A program made the position numbers and the translations under genes. Below the pieces are notes generated by a model. The model had not been told where the DNA came from. It saw nothing but the letters and a program-made list of their open reading frames with translations, and made no database searches. From Alphaproteobacteria bacterium (GTDB lineage: Bacteria > Pseudomonadota > Alphaproteobacteria > GCA-2731375), in the NCBI GenBank assembly GCA_965232515.1, contig CBDDPY010000002.1, positions 7,232,001 through 7,296,000 of the forward strand: 64,000 nt of DNA. The letters run 5' to 3'. This document shows, in pieces, positions 28,141 through 38,562 of the stretch (within the stretch, counting starts at the first letter, position 1; the number at the start of each line of letters is the position of its first letter).

Positions 28141-29856
28141 TCAGAAAAAGGCGCTCACCGAGACGAACAGCCGGAAGCCCCGTTCACGGTCGTCGCGGTC
28201 GGTGGTTGGCACGCGGGTCAGCGGCCGGGTCAGCTCGATATAGCCGGTCAGCGTCTCGGCGATCGTGGCGCGCGCGCCGAAGCCGGCCGATGCCGCGCTC
28301 TCCTTGACCTGCTTTGGGAATTCGTTGCGCTGCCAGACCGCGCCGATGTCGTAGAAGGCGTAGATCTGCAGGTTCTGCGCGAAATCGGGCGGCGCGGGCT
28401 CGTAGCGCAGCTCCAGCGATCCCGCCAGGCCGTGCGCGCCGAGGATTTCCGAGCTGTCGTAGCCGCGGCCGAAGCTTTCGCCGCCGAAGCCGAATTCCTC
28501 GGACGAGAGCAGCCGGTCGAAGGCGTATTGCCCGCGGCCGGCGGCCTGCAGCGACCAGCCGCGCTGCAGGAACTGAACCCGCGACACGTCGGCCGTGACT
28601 TTCGTGTAGTCGTTGCGGCCGCCTTGGCGGCTGGTCGCCTCGGCATTCGCCGACCGCGCGCCCAGGATGTCCAGACCCCGGCTGAGCTCGGCGCTGGCCC
28701 GGTTGACGCCGAAGAACCGATCGATGCCGTCGTAATCGAGGGCGATGCGCAGGCTGCGGATGCGGTCCTTCGAGATCTGCTCCTGCAGCACGTCTGTTTT
28801 GGAGTTCAGCATATCGAGGCCGGCGCGCAGCCGCAGATTCTGCCGGCGCGAGCGGATGAACGGGTAGCTCAGACCCAGGCGGTAGGTCTCGGACCGGCCC
28901 TCGACCTCCAGCACGTCCAGCGTCGAGCCGGGACGGCTGGTCAGGCGCCCGGCGGACAGCGACAGCGACAGGCCCTCGGCGCCGAGCGGCAGCGATGACG
29001 ACAGTGAGTAAAAGCGGGTCTCGTCGACACCGGGCGTGACCGCGACCTGCGCGCCCAGGGTCTCGTACCAGCCGAACGGCGAATTCAGCGTCGCCGCTGT
29101 CTGCATCTGCTCGGGGCCGTTGAAGCGCGTGCCCCGGTTGTCGCCCTGGACGAAGGCGCCGACGAAATCGTGGCCGACCAGCAGAACCAGATCGGACGCG
29201 CCCGGCACGTCCGGCGAGGGGCGGATCACCGATCGCAGCGCCAGGCCCGGCAGGTCCTGCATCAGCAAGAGATAACGCTCCAGTACGGCGGCCTGCAACG
29301 GACGGCTGGCGACGATCTTTTCGGCATAGGCCTGCAGGATCGCGGCGCGACCACCGAAATCGCCACTCAGCAGCAGCCGGTCGATATAGCCTTCGATGAC
29401 CTGAATGGTGACCGCGCCGCCGACGATGTCCTGCGGCGGCACGATCGCACGGCTCAGGATGTAGCCGTCGCTGCGGTAGCGGACGCTGATCTGATTGGCG
29501 ATGTCGTAGAGTCGGGCGAGCGAGATCTCGCGCCCGAGATCGGCGGCCCAGATCGACTGCAGATCGCCCGGATCGTAGACGGTGGCGCCACGCAGTCGGA
29601 CCTGGTCGAGCACGAAGCGCACGTCCTGGAATTCGGACGGCGCCTCTTCCAGCGGTGTCGTCGGCAGGGCCGGCGGCGGCGCGGCCGGGGGCGCCGGCGG
29701 CTCGAAACGCTGCTGCAGGCGGCCGGGATCGACGCTGCCGGGAAGCTGCTGCGCCATCGCGTCGCCGACGATCAGCAACAGCGACGACAACGCCAGGGTC
29801 AGGCCACCTGCCAGCCGTGAAACCCGTTTACGTCGCTGATACCTGCCGCCTGACAT
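28141..29856 (-). CDS. ShlB/FhaC/HecB family TpsB outer-membrane transporter
   Basis: POTRA motifs YRSDGYILSRAIVPPQ and VIEGYI, LERYLLL, DNRG, GRGYD, FYDIGAV, and terminal Phe. Confidence 0.92.
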   Translation of the reverse strand: MSGGRYQRRKRVSRLAGGLTLALSSLLLIVGDAMAQQLPGSVDPGRLQQRFEPPAPPAAPPPALPTTPLEEAPSEFQDVRFVLDQVRLRGATVYDPGDLQSIWAADLGREISLARLYDIANQISVRYRSDGYILSRAIVPPQDIVGGAVTIQVIEGYIDRLLLSGDFGGRAAILQAYAEKIVASRPLQAAVLERYLLLMQDLPGLALRSVIRPSPDVPGASDLVLLVGHDFVGAFVQGDNRGTRFNGPEQMQTAATLNSPFGWYETLGAQVAVTPGVDETRFYSLSSSLPLGAEGLSLSLSAGRLTSRPGSTLDVLEVEGRSETYRLGLSYPFIRSRRQNLRLRAGLDMLNSKTDVLQEQISKDRIRSLRIALDYDGIDRFFGVNRASAELSRGLDILGARSANAEATSRQGGRNDYTKVTADVSRVQFLQRGWSLQAAGRGQYAFDRLLSSEEFGFGGESFGRGYDSSEILGAHGLAGSLELRYEPAPPDFAQNLQIYAFYDIGAVWQRNEFPKQVKESAASAGFGARATIAETLTGYIELTRPLTRVPTTDRDDRERGFRLFVSVSAFF

Positions 29857-29952
29857 GACCCCGCCAGAATCACTCCGGGCGGAGGGTACATCCGACGGTG
29901 CCGCTGGTCGATACGTCGATGTGAATGGCCGCTGTTGCCGCGGCGCTGTGAA

Positions 29953-30855
29953 TTAGAGGGCGATACGCAATCCCGGCACGGTCGGGCGGCGCGCGGACGC
30001 GCGCGCTTCCAGCGCCGCGATCAGGTCGCGCAGGAATTTGCGTTCCAGGCTCTGTCGCATGTCGTCGGTGCCGTCGATGACCATGACGAACGCGCCGGGG
30101 CCGCCGGCCACGGAGCTTTCGAAGAAGCCGGCAACATCGCGGCGGTTGCCGAAAACGACGCCGTTGATGGTGTAGCCGGCGCTGAGCGCGCGGTCGCGGG
30201 CTTGCAGCGGCTGCGCGCCGGCATTGTCGGTGCCGTCGCTGCAGATGTTGATCACCGTGTGCGTCGCGGTCAGCGGCGCCGTTGCCGCCAGGCTGGTGCC
30301 GAACTCGATCGCCATCGAGATGTCGGTGCGCGCGTCCGCGAACGGAATCGGAAAGCTTCTGATGGCCCCGTCGTCCTGGCTGCTTTCATAGCCGCTGCGG
30401 TCGATGCGGGGGACGGCGGCAATGGCCTCGGAAACGCGTTTCGCATCCGCGACCGAGGCGATCGTCGTCCAGGGCACGACGACCTCGTAGCGGTTGTCGC
30501 TCGACCAGGTGTAGACGACGAAGCCGACGCGGCCGAAATAGCCCTGTTGCAGCAGCCTCAGGAAGTCGGGATGCATGACGGCGCGCGACAGGCCGGTGAG
30601 CTGCAGCCACTCGTCGTGCCGCGAGATCGAGCCGGATACATCGATTGCCGTGATCAGATTGACATCGGTGCGGCGGCCGGCGTTTTCCGGCGCCCAAAGG
30701 CTGATGGCGTCCGTCGTCGGCGCGACCCGGGTCGCGGCGGTCGCCTGGTAGGCGGAAATCGCAACCAGCGCCGTGGCAAAAATGAAGATCGCGATGACAT
30801 CAGCGGCGGCGGCGCCACGTCGGCCGATGGCCGTCAGTCGGTCGAGCAAGGTCAT
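29953..30855 (-). CDS. DUF1194 family vWA-like protein
   Basis: AIDVSGSI MIDAS motif, VVPWT, TDISMAI, DGTDNAG, TINGV and GGPGAFV. Confidence 0.8.
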   Translation of the reverse strand: MTLLDRLTAIGRRGAAAADVIAIFIFATALVAISAYQATAATRVAPTTDAISLWAPENAGRRTDVNLITAIDVSGSISRHDEWLQLTGLSRAVMHPDFLRLLQQGYFGRVGFVVYTWSSDNRYEVVVPWTTIASVADAKRVSEAIAAVPRIDRSGYESSQDDGAIRSFPIPFADARTDISMAIEFGTSLAATAPLTATHTVINICSDGTDNAGAQPLQARDRALSAGYTINGVVFGNRRDVAGFFESSVAGGPGAFVMVIDGTDDMRQSLERKFLRDLIAALEARASARRPTVPGLRIAL

Positions 30856-30985
30856 GCTGAGCGTCTCCGATGTTGCATGACGGCAAGCATCGGAGACGCG
30901 TGTTTCCGGGGAATGTCCCGGATTGTTTCAGTGGTTTCTGCGCTTCGGCCGGGTCTGGATCAGTCCGGCCCAGATTCTGACCGTG

Positions 30986-31477
30986 TCAGCGGGCCTGCAA
31001 TTGCAGCCCGGCGATGCCGGCGGCGATGTTGATGCCCTTGATGCCCTCGACGCTGAGCGGCTGTAGCGCGATCGAACGCCCGGATCCGCCGAGCAGCGCA
31101 TTCGCGCCGACACCGAAACCGGCCGCCACGTCGGCGGCGATTCCGGCGAACTTGCCGGACAGCGCGCCCGGACCGATGTCCGATGACGGGGCGATAACGG
31201 CCCAGAGGATGACGCCGCTGGACTGATAGCCGATGTCGATGCCGTATTGCGTGATGTTGCCGCGATACTTGTCCTCGCGGCCGCCCGCGTCGGGCACATA
31301 GGTGCATTCAACGTCCCGCGACGACCCGAAAATGAAGCTCAGGTTGCCTTCCACGTCACAGCGCAGAAAGCCGGCCCGAACGCCTTTGTCCTGTGCGACC
31401 GCGAAGTCCGCCATCAGCAGGCAAAATCCAAAAAGTGCGGCGGTGGCGGCAATTAGCCGGCTTGGCGCATGTGTCAT
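30986..31477 (-). CDS. DUF992 family exported protein
   Basis: Signal peptide, GFLRC, IFGSS-DVEC, GIDIG, GVGANALLGG and IALQPLSVEG. Confidence 0.85.
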   Translation of the reverse strand: MTHAPSRLIAATAALFGFCLLMADFAVAQDKGVRAGFLRCDVEGNLSFIFGSSRDVECTYVPDAGGREDKYRGNITQYGIDIGYQSSGVILWAVIAPSSDIGPGALSGKFAGIAADVAAGFGVGANALLGGSGRSIALQPLSVEGIKGINIAAGIAGLQLQAR

Positions 31478-31577
31478 GTCAACACTCCTTCATTTTTTCG
31501 ACGCTCCGGCGGCGACGCGCGCGGCGAACGGCGGCGGTCAGCCGTCAGATTTTGCATCCGGGGTTTCGATGCGCGAG

Positions 31578-31943
31578 CTAGCCGGCGGTTACACTGATCT
31601 CGTCGACTTTGCCGGCATAGAAAGCGAGGTGGTCTTTGATCTCGGCAACGGCGGGAAACGGCGCCTCATAGCTCCAGACCGCGTTGTCCGCCGTCTTGCC
31701 GTCCACATCGATGGTCCAATAGGCGGCGTCGCCCTTGTAGGGGCAATGAGTCGAATGCTCGGTGCGCTTCAGCGCGCTCATATCGACATCGCCGCGGGGA
31801 ATGTAATGGACGATGGGGTAGCTGGCCTCTTTCATACTCTGCGCCTCGACCGTGTCGGCGATCACCTTGCCGTTGAAGGACACGGTCACGCGCGCGCTGC
31901 TGGCGTCGATGCTGATGGGATGGTCGGGCCCTGGGATCTTCAT
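31578..31943 (-). CDS. DUF427 family protein
   Basis: MKIPGPDHPI, EASYP, YIPR-DV, THCPYKGDA and AVWSYE-P. Confidence 0.88.
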   Translation of the reverse strand: MKIPGPDHPISIDASSARVTVSFNGKVIADTVEAQSMKEASYPIVHYIPRGDVDMSALKRTEHSTHCPYKGDAAYWTIDVDGKTADNAVWSYEAPFPAVAEIKDHLAFYAGKVDEISVTAG

Positions 31944-32152
31944 CGTCTCCCCCTGCTGCTGTCCGTTGAAGTGTGGCGCAAACGGTCTTGACCATGATGA
32001 CCGAGCGTGAGGCCTGGCGCTACCCGCCGGCGCGCACTATGTCGCAGCATGTGGTGGTTCGGTCGCGCCGCCACAAGGCGTAGTATGACCCATGCGGCGC
32101 AACGCCGATCGCCGCCACGGGCAGACGAACGACCACCGATGGGAGCTTCCGC

Positions 32153-32821
32153 ATGATCTCGCACATACCGCACATCCTGAATGCGGACTTGGTGGCGCAG
32201 GTGCGGCAGCTGCTGCTCGCCGGCACCTTCGAGGACGGCCGCTACACGGCTACCGGCCGCGCGGCCGAGGTGAAAAAAAACATGCAGCTCGGCAACGATC
32301 CCCAGACCCGAAAGGCGGTCGACGAGATCGTCACGCGGGCGGTTATGAACAATCCGCGTTTCGCCGAGCTGGCTTTTCCCAAGGGCATGGTGCCGCCGAC
32401 CTATAATCGCTACGACGTCGGCATGACCTATGGCGATCACGTGGACGCGCCGTTTCTCAACAACGGCCGGATGCGCGCCGACCTTTCGATGACCATCTTT
32501 CTGACCGACCCGGCGACCTATGATGGCGGCGATCTGGTCATTCGCGACGGCCTGGGCGAGACCCGCATCAAGTACGACGCCGGCGACGCCGTGCTTTATC
32601 CCACCACCAGCCTGCATCACGTGAGTCCCGTAACCCGGGGGTCGCGGTTGTCGGCCGTGACCTGGATTCAGAGCTACGTACCGGACGCGCACCGGCGGCG
32701 GACGCTGATCGAGTTCAACGAGGTGAAGAATTACTTCGACGAGCAGGCGACCGACGCGCCCGCCGCCGATACGCTGCGCAACGCGCTCTCCAATCTGACC
32801 CGGATGTGGTGGCAGACCTGA
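32153..32821 (+). CDS. PKHD-type Fe(II)/2-oxoglutarate dioxygenase (PiuC/YbiX-like)
   Basis: FEDGR-TA, VKKNMQ, HVD facial-triad motif, RADLSMTIFL, YDGG, LHHVSPVTRG-R and WIQS. Confidence 0.9.
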   Translation: MISHIPHILNADLVAQVRQLLLAGTFEDGRYTATGRAAEVKKNMQLGNDPQTRKAVDEIVTRAVMNNPRFAELAFPKGMVPPTYNRYDVGMTYGDHVDAPFLNNGRMRADLSMTIFLTDPATYDGGDLVIRDGLGETRIKYDAGDAVLYPTTSLHHVSPVTRGSRLSAVTWIQSYVPDAHRRRTLIEFNEVKNYFDEQATDAPAADTLRNALSNLTRMWWQT

Positions 32822-32901
32822 CGTCCGGAAGCGCAGGCAAAGCGGAAGAAGACCAGGGCGCGCGTCGGCTGAACGGCGGGATCGGCAACCTCGCGGCCGT
32901 T

Positions 32902-34146
32902 CTACGAGCGGTCGCCGTCCGTTGGCGTCCGCTTCAGCAGCCAGCGTAGCAGGATCGGGGTAAGCAAGGTGGTCGCGACGGCCATCAGAACGAGCGACGA
33001 GAACAAGTGATCCGCGATGCCGTCTTTGCCTTCGGTCTGCGCGAACAAGCCCGCTTTCAGTGCAACGCTGAGGATGATCAGCTCGAACGCGCCCCGGGCG
33101 CTCATCCCGATGCCGATCACACCGGCTTCCCGGCGATCGCGATAGGCGAGATAGGCCGGCAGGCCGGCGCCAAGACACTTTCCGGCGATGGCCGTCACGA
33201 TCAACAGGACAATGAACAGCGGCGCGGCGGCGACCGCGCGCAGATCGACCTGCAGCCCGATCGAGGCGAAGAACAGCGGCCCCAGCACGCCGCCGGTGAT
33301 AGCGGTGACCAGCAGCTTCATCTCCAGATGCACGGCCGCGCCGACCCGGGAGGACTCGAAGAACAAACCGGCCATGAAAGCGCCGAGAATCCAGTGCAGG
33401 CCCAGCACCTCGGCCAGCAGGCCGTAGAACAGGGCGACGGCGACCAGAAAGCTGAACTCGACGGCCGCCGCCTGCATCAGGCGGATGCGCCTGCCGATGC
33501 GCGGATAAACATGCACGCCAAGCAGCATGGTCACGCCAAAGAACGCCATGGCTTTCACGACGATCCATCCGAGCGCCACCGCCGACGGCAGCGCGCCGGT
33601 CTTCAGCACGGCGGCCAGGATAGCGAACAGCAGGATGCTGAAGACGTCGTCGAACAGGGCGGCGGCGACGACGATCTGTCCTGGCCGCTGCTGCAGCAGA
33701 CCGAACTCCATCAGGACCTTCACGGTCGCCGGAATGGCCGTAATCGACAGCGCCAGCGCCACCAGCATGGACAGCGCGGGCCTGGCCGCGATATCCGGCA
33801 GGAAGGCCCAGGCCAGCGCGAAGCCGAAGACCATCGGCACGGCCATGCCGCCGAGCGCGATGCCGAAACCAGCGGCGGCGTGCTTCGCCAGGCTCTTCGG
33901 CTGCAGCTCGATACCGGCGAGCAGGACCAGGAAGAAAATGCCGATCTCGGCAAGCTGCGCCAGCGCCGCGCTGTCCGGCAGCCGGCCAATGACCGGCAGC
34001 GTCGATCCAAACATGGCGATCAGGCCGGCGAGAAAGATCCCGGCCAGCATCTCGCCGACCGACGCCGTCTGCCCCAACCGCTCGGCCGCCTCGCCGAACA
34101 GCCTCGCGATCACCAGCAACGCCAAGATGTCGACGAAGATGTCCAT
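32902..34146 (-). CDS. Cation:proton antiporter (CPA2 family)
   Basis: About 12 TM segments, VGEMLAG, ALFDD, FFASIG, GK, GMSARG. ATG at 34146. Confidence 0.9.
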   Translation of the reverse strand: MDIFVDILALLVIARLFGEAAERLGQTASVGEMLAGIFLAGLIAMFGSTLPVIGRLPDSAALAQLAEIGIFFLVLLAGIELQPKSLAKHAAAGFGIALGGMAVPMVFGFALAWAFLPDIAARPALSMLVALALSITAIPATVKVLMEFGLLQQRPGQIVVAAALFDDVFSILLFAILAAVLKTGALPSAVALGWIVVKAMAFFGVTMLLGVHVYPRIGRRIRLMQAAAVEFSFLVAVALFYGLLAEVLGLHWILGAFMAGLFFESSRVGAAVHLEMKLLVTAITGGVLGPLFFASIGLQVDLRAVAAAPLFIVLLIVTAIAGKCLGAGLPAYLAYRDRREAGVIGIGMSARGAFELIILSVALKAGLFAQTEGKDGIADHLFSSLVLMAVATTLLTPILLRWLLKRTPTDGDRS

Positions 34147-34446
34147 CAAGCAGGTTCCGGCCGAGAGACAGAACCTTCGCTCTTACGAAAGCGGTCGAAA
34201 GTGATCCTTGATCTACATCAGCGGTGATGCCGGGGGCGGGTCGCTCGCGTCGGCCGCGGGGCAGGCCGGGCACCCGGCGGTTGCGCGAAACCCCAAACTG
34301 CACGAACATTACGTACGCCACCACTCGCAATAAGAAAACGGTGGCCTTGCCGACACGAGTAGCATTGCGCGGCCGTGTCCGATCTGTTTGCCGACGGCGC
34401 GCCGCTGTGATGTTTCGGGGTAACGGGAACACAGGGGAAGCGTGAC

Positions 34447-35571
34447 ATGACGAACAAGCGGAATTTGTGGTTGATGACGACGGCGATGGCGGTCGGACTG
34501 ACCTTCGGCGCGCAGGCCAAGGACACGGGCTACATCTTCGTCAGTAGTGAAAAAGACAATGCGATCAGCGTGCTGGACGGCAAATCTTATGAGCTGGTCA
34601 AGAAGATCGGCACGGCGGCACGGCCGCGGCATCTGCAGTTCAATCCCGACCGGACGCTGATCTATGTCGCCGCCGGCGACGGCAGCGCCATTGACGTCAT
34701 CGACGTCGGCAAGCTGGAACTTGTCGACCGGATCGGCGAGATCGACGACCCGGAACTGTTCGATCTCAGCCCCGACGGCAAGATCATGTACATCTCACTC
34801 GAAGATGACGCCAAGCTCGGCATTCTCGATCTCGAAACCTATTTCGCCGAACGCGAGGAAAAGCCTGAGCTGACGGTCGCCGCGCCGAGCGAGGACGACG
34901 ATGACGATGATGATGATGACGATGACGACGATGACGACGACGAGGAAGCCCGGGAAGACGACGACGACGATGACGAGATGCTGCCCGGCATGAAGACCGT
35001 CGAGGTCGGCGGCGAGCCGGAAGGCGTTCTGGCCAATCCCGACGGCAAGACCGTCTATGTGACATCCGAAGTCGCCAACATCGTGCACGTCGTCGACACC
35101 GAGGCGCTCGAAATCACCAAGAACGTCGTCGTCGGCAACCGGCCGCGCCGCTTTGTGATGACGCCGGACGGCAACGAGCTCTGGGTGTCCAATGAACTGA
35201 GCGGATCGGTCAGCATCCTGGATGCGAAAACCTACGACATCCTCGATACGATCAGCTTCCTGCCGCGCGGTTTCCGGCCCGAGGAAGTGACGCCGGTCGG
35301 CGTCACGATGACGGACGACGGCAGTACCGCCATCGTCGGCCTCGGCCGCGCCAACCACGTGGCCTTCGTCGACACCGCCAGCCGCAAGATCGAGGACTAT
35401 GTCCTGGTCGGCGAGCGGGCCTGGAACACGACCTTCAATCGGGACAACTCGCTGCTGTTCGTGACCAACGGGCTCAGCGACGACATCTCGATCATCGACG
35501 TCGCGTCCCGCAAGGTGATCAAGTCCGTACCGGTCGGCCGCGTGCCTCATACGGTCCTGATCGACGACTAG
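34447..35571 (+). CDS. PQQ-catabolism-associated YVTN beta-propeller protein (PedA2-like) with poly-Asp insertion
   Basis: Signal peptide, FVSSEKDN, ARPR, DPELF, EPEG, YVTSE, GRANHVA, VTNGLSDD and PVGRVP. Heads the ABC operon. Confidence 0.85.
   Translation: MTNKRNLWLMTTAMAVGLTFGAQAKDTGYIFVSSEKDNAISVLDGKSYELVKKIGTAARPRHLQFNPDRTLIYVAAGDGSAIDVIDVGKLELVDRIGEIDDPELFDLSPDGKIMYISLEDDAKLGILDLETYFAEREEKPELTVAAPSEDDDDDDDDDDDDDDDDEEAREDDDDDDEMLPGMKTVEVGGEPEGVLANPDGKTVYVTSEVANIVHVVDTEALEITKNVVVGNRPRRFVMTPDGNELWVSNELSGSVSILDAKTYDILDTISFLPRGFRPEEVTPVGVTMTDDGSTAIVGLGRANHVAFVDTASRKIEDYVLVGERAWNTTFNRDNSLLFVTNGLSDDISIIDVASRKVIKSVPVGRVPHTVLIDD
34891..34977 (+). repeat. Acidic low-complexity tract E-D16-EEARE-D6-E, encoded by mixed GAC/GAT codons
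   Basis: Read directly from the sequence: 27 of 29 residues are acidic, in frame. Confidence 0.95.
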
Positions 35572-35577
35572 ACCGCC

Positions 35578-36749
35578 ATGGGGCGATTGTTGGTCTGGCT
35601 GCTCAGCGCCGTTCTGGCGCTGGGCGCCGCGGCGCCGGTGGTGGCAGAAGACTTCACCATCGGCTATCTGCAACTGAGCAAGGATCCGCGCTACAGCAAA
35701 AAGCGGACCTTCGCCCGGCTGCTGCTGCAGCCCCTGGGCAGGCCTTATACGGGCGCGCGGGTTGCGATCGATGAGGTGAAATTCCACGGCGCGGCCGTCG
35801 GCGTCACCTTCAAGGTCAAGCGGCACAAGGGCAAGGGCTCGCTGGGCCTGCTGGAGGGCGTGGATAAGCTTCACGCCGACGGCGTGCGCTTTTTCGTGGT
35901 CGATGCGCCGGCAGATGTCCTGAGCGAGCTGGCCGGGGCAACCAAGGGCCGCGATCTCCTGCTGTTCAACGTCTCGGCGCGCGAGGACCGTCTACGCCAG
36001 GACCAGTGCCAGGCGCACCTCCTGCACGTCATCCCGAGCTACGCCATGCTGACGGACGCGCTGGTCCAATACCTGATCACGCGGAAGTGGCGCGAGATCC
36101 TGGTGCTGGAGGGCAAATCCGACGACGACAAGCAGTTCGCCGCGGCTTTCGCCCGCTCGGCCAAGCTCTACGGTGCCGAAGTCGTCGAGAGCCGGCCGTT
36201 CGTGCTCAGCAACGACCCGCGCCAGCGCGATCAGAACAACATCACGCTGCTGACAACAGGCGCCGACTATGACGTGGTTTTCGTCGCCGATACCGACGGC
36301 GAGTTCGCGCGCGATGTGCCCTATCAGACGGCGCGGCCGCGGCCGGTCGTGGGTAGCGAAGGCCTGGGTGCGGCGGCTTGGCACTGGGCCTGGGAACGGC
36401 ACGGTGCGCCGCAGCTTGAAAACCGCTTCCAGGACAAGGCCAAGCGGCCCATGCGCGACATCGACTGGGCGGCCTGGATGGCCGTGAAGGCGGTGGCGGA
36501 GGCGGTTCAGCGCACCGAGAGCAAGGACTTCGCCGTTCTGCGCGACTATCTGCGCGGGCCCGATCTTGTGCTCGACGGCTTCAAGGGCAACCGGCTCAAC
36601 TTCCGGCCCTGGAACAACCAGCTGCGCCAGCCGATCCTGCTGGTGACGCATAATTGGGTGGTCGAGCGCGCGCCCATGAAAGGCTTCTTGCATCAGACCA
36701 ACAACATGGACACCCTGGGCTTCAACGAGACGAACAGTGGCTGCCGGTT

Positions 36750-36753
<4 letters not shown>
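35578..36753 (+). CDS. ABC substrate-binding protein, PQQ-dependent alcohol dehydrogenase system (PedA1/LutA-like)
   Basis: LRQDQC, HVIPSYAMLTDALVQYL--RKW, DYDVVFVAD-DGEF, PRPVVGSEGL, WERHGAPQL--RF and FRPWNNQLRQP. Confidence 0.85.
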
Positions 36754-37498
<745 letters not shown>

Positions 37499-37502
<4 letters not shown>

Positions 37503-38311
37503 GCCCGATGCACTATCTCCGTTGTTTCGCCGGTATCGCTTTGCGCGAGGCGCTGCGCTTCCTGCATCAGCGCGAGCGCTTCATCGCCGCCTTGGTGCGG
37601 CCGCTGGTCTGGCTGGTCGTGTTCGCCGCCGGCTTCCGCAACGTGCTCGGCGTCTCGATCATCCCGCCGTACGAGACCTACATCCTCTACGAGGTCTATA
37701 TCGTGCCGGGCCTGATCGGCATGATTCAGCTTTTCAACGGCATGCAGAGCTCGCTGTCCATGGTCTACGACCGCGAGATGGGCAGCATGCGCACGCTGCT
37801 GGTCAGTCCGCTGCCGCGCTGGTATCTGCTGGTGGCGAAGCTGCTGGCCGGCACCATCGTCTCGATCCTGCAGGTCTATGCCTTCCTGATCATCGCCGCG
37901 GCTTTCGGCGTCGAGGTGCCGTGGCTCGGCTTTCTGACCGTGCTGCCGGCATTGATTCTGACCGGCCTGATGCTGGGCGCGCTCGGTCTCTTGCTGTCGT
38001 CGCTGATCAAGCAGCTCGAGAATTTCGCCGGGATCATGAACTTCGTGATCTTCCCGATGTTCTTCCTGTCGTCGGCGCTCTATCCGCTCTGGCGCATGCG
38101 GGAGTCGAGCGATCTGCTGTACATGATCTGCGCCGCCAACCCGTTCACGCACGCCGTCGAAACCATCCGCTTCGCGCTCTACGGCCAGGTCAATCTCGAG
38201 ATGCTGTTCTATACCTTGATCACGCTCCTGGTGTTCGTCGGCGCCGCGATCTACGGCTACAACCCCGCCCGCGGCATGCTCAGCCGCAAGGCCGGCGCCG
38301 GCGGCGGTTGA
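37499..38311 (+). CDS. ABC-2-type permease, PQQ-ADH system (PedC/LutF-like)
   Basis: RFLHQRERF--ALVRPLVWL, PPYETYI-YE-YIVPGL, SSLSMVYDREMGSMR and QLENFAG-MNFVIFP. Confidence 0.9.
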
Positions 38312-38381
38312 GGCGCGCGTTGTGAACTGTCTTGGATAGCGCGCTCAGATATAAACGACTGGATTGGCGGAACTGCTTTTT

Positions 38382-38508
38382 GCCCTCACCCCAACCCTCT
38401 CCCGCAAGCGGGAGAGGGGGCCGCTGTCGCTGCGGTTTTGCATCCCCTCTCCCGCTTGCGGGAGAGGGAGGGACCCACGCGACGCCAGTCGCGTGGGAGG
38501 GTGAGGGC
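38382..38508. repeat. RIME/REP-like palindromic element between convergent operons
   Basis: GCCCTCACCCCAACCCTCTCCCGC-aa-GCGGGAGAGGG ... CCCTCTCCCGC-tt-GCGGGAGAGGG ... GGGTGAGGGC. Confidence 0.85.
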
Positions 38509-38562
38509 GACAAGAGTCAAAACGTCGGCGGCTTTGAGCTGGGACCGCCTTTATTGCTCCCG

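Noticed and set aside
34891-34977. Poly-GAC tract as a microsatellite or assembly artefact
   Set aside because: GAC and GAT are irregularly mixed, the tract is interrupted by EEARE, and the frame is preserved. Only reads could exclude an artefact completely.
38382-38508. CRISPR array or tRNA
   Set aside because: It consists of nested inverted repeats without regular repeat-spacer units or a cloverleaf, which fits a RIME/REP-type element.
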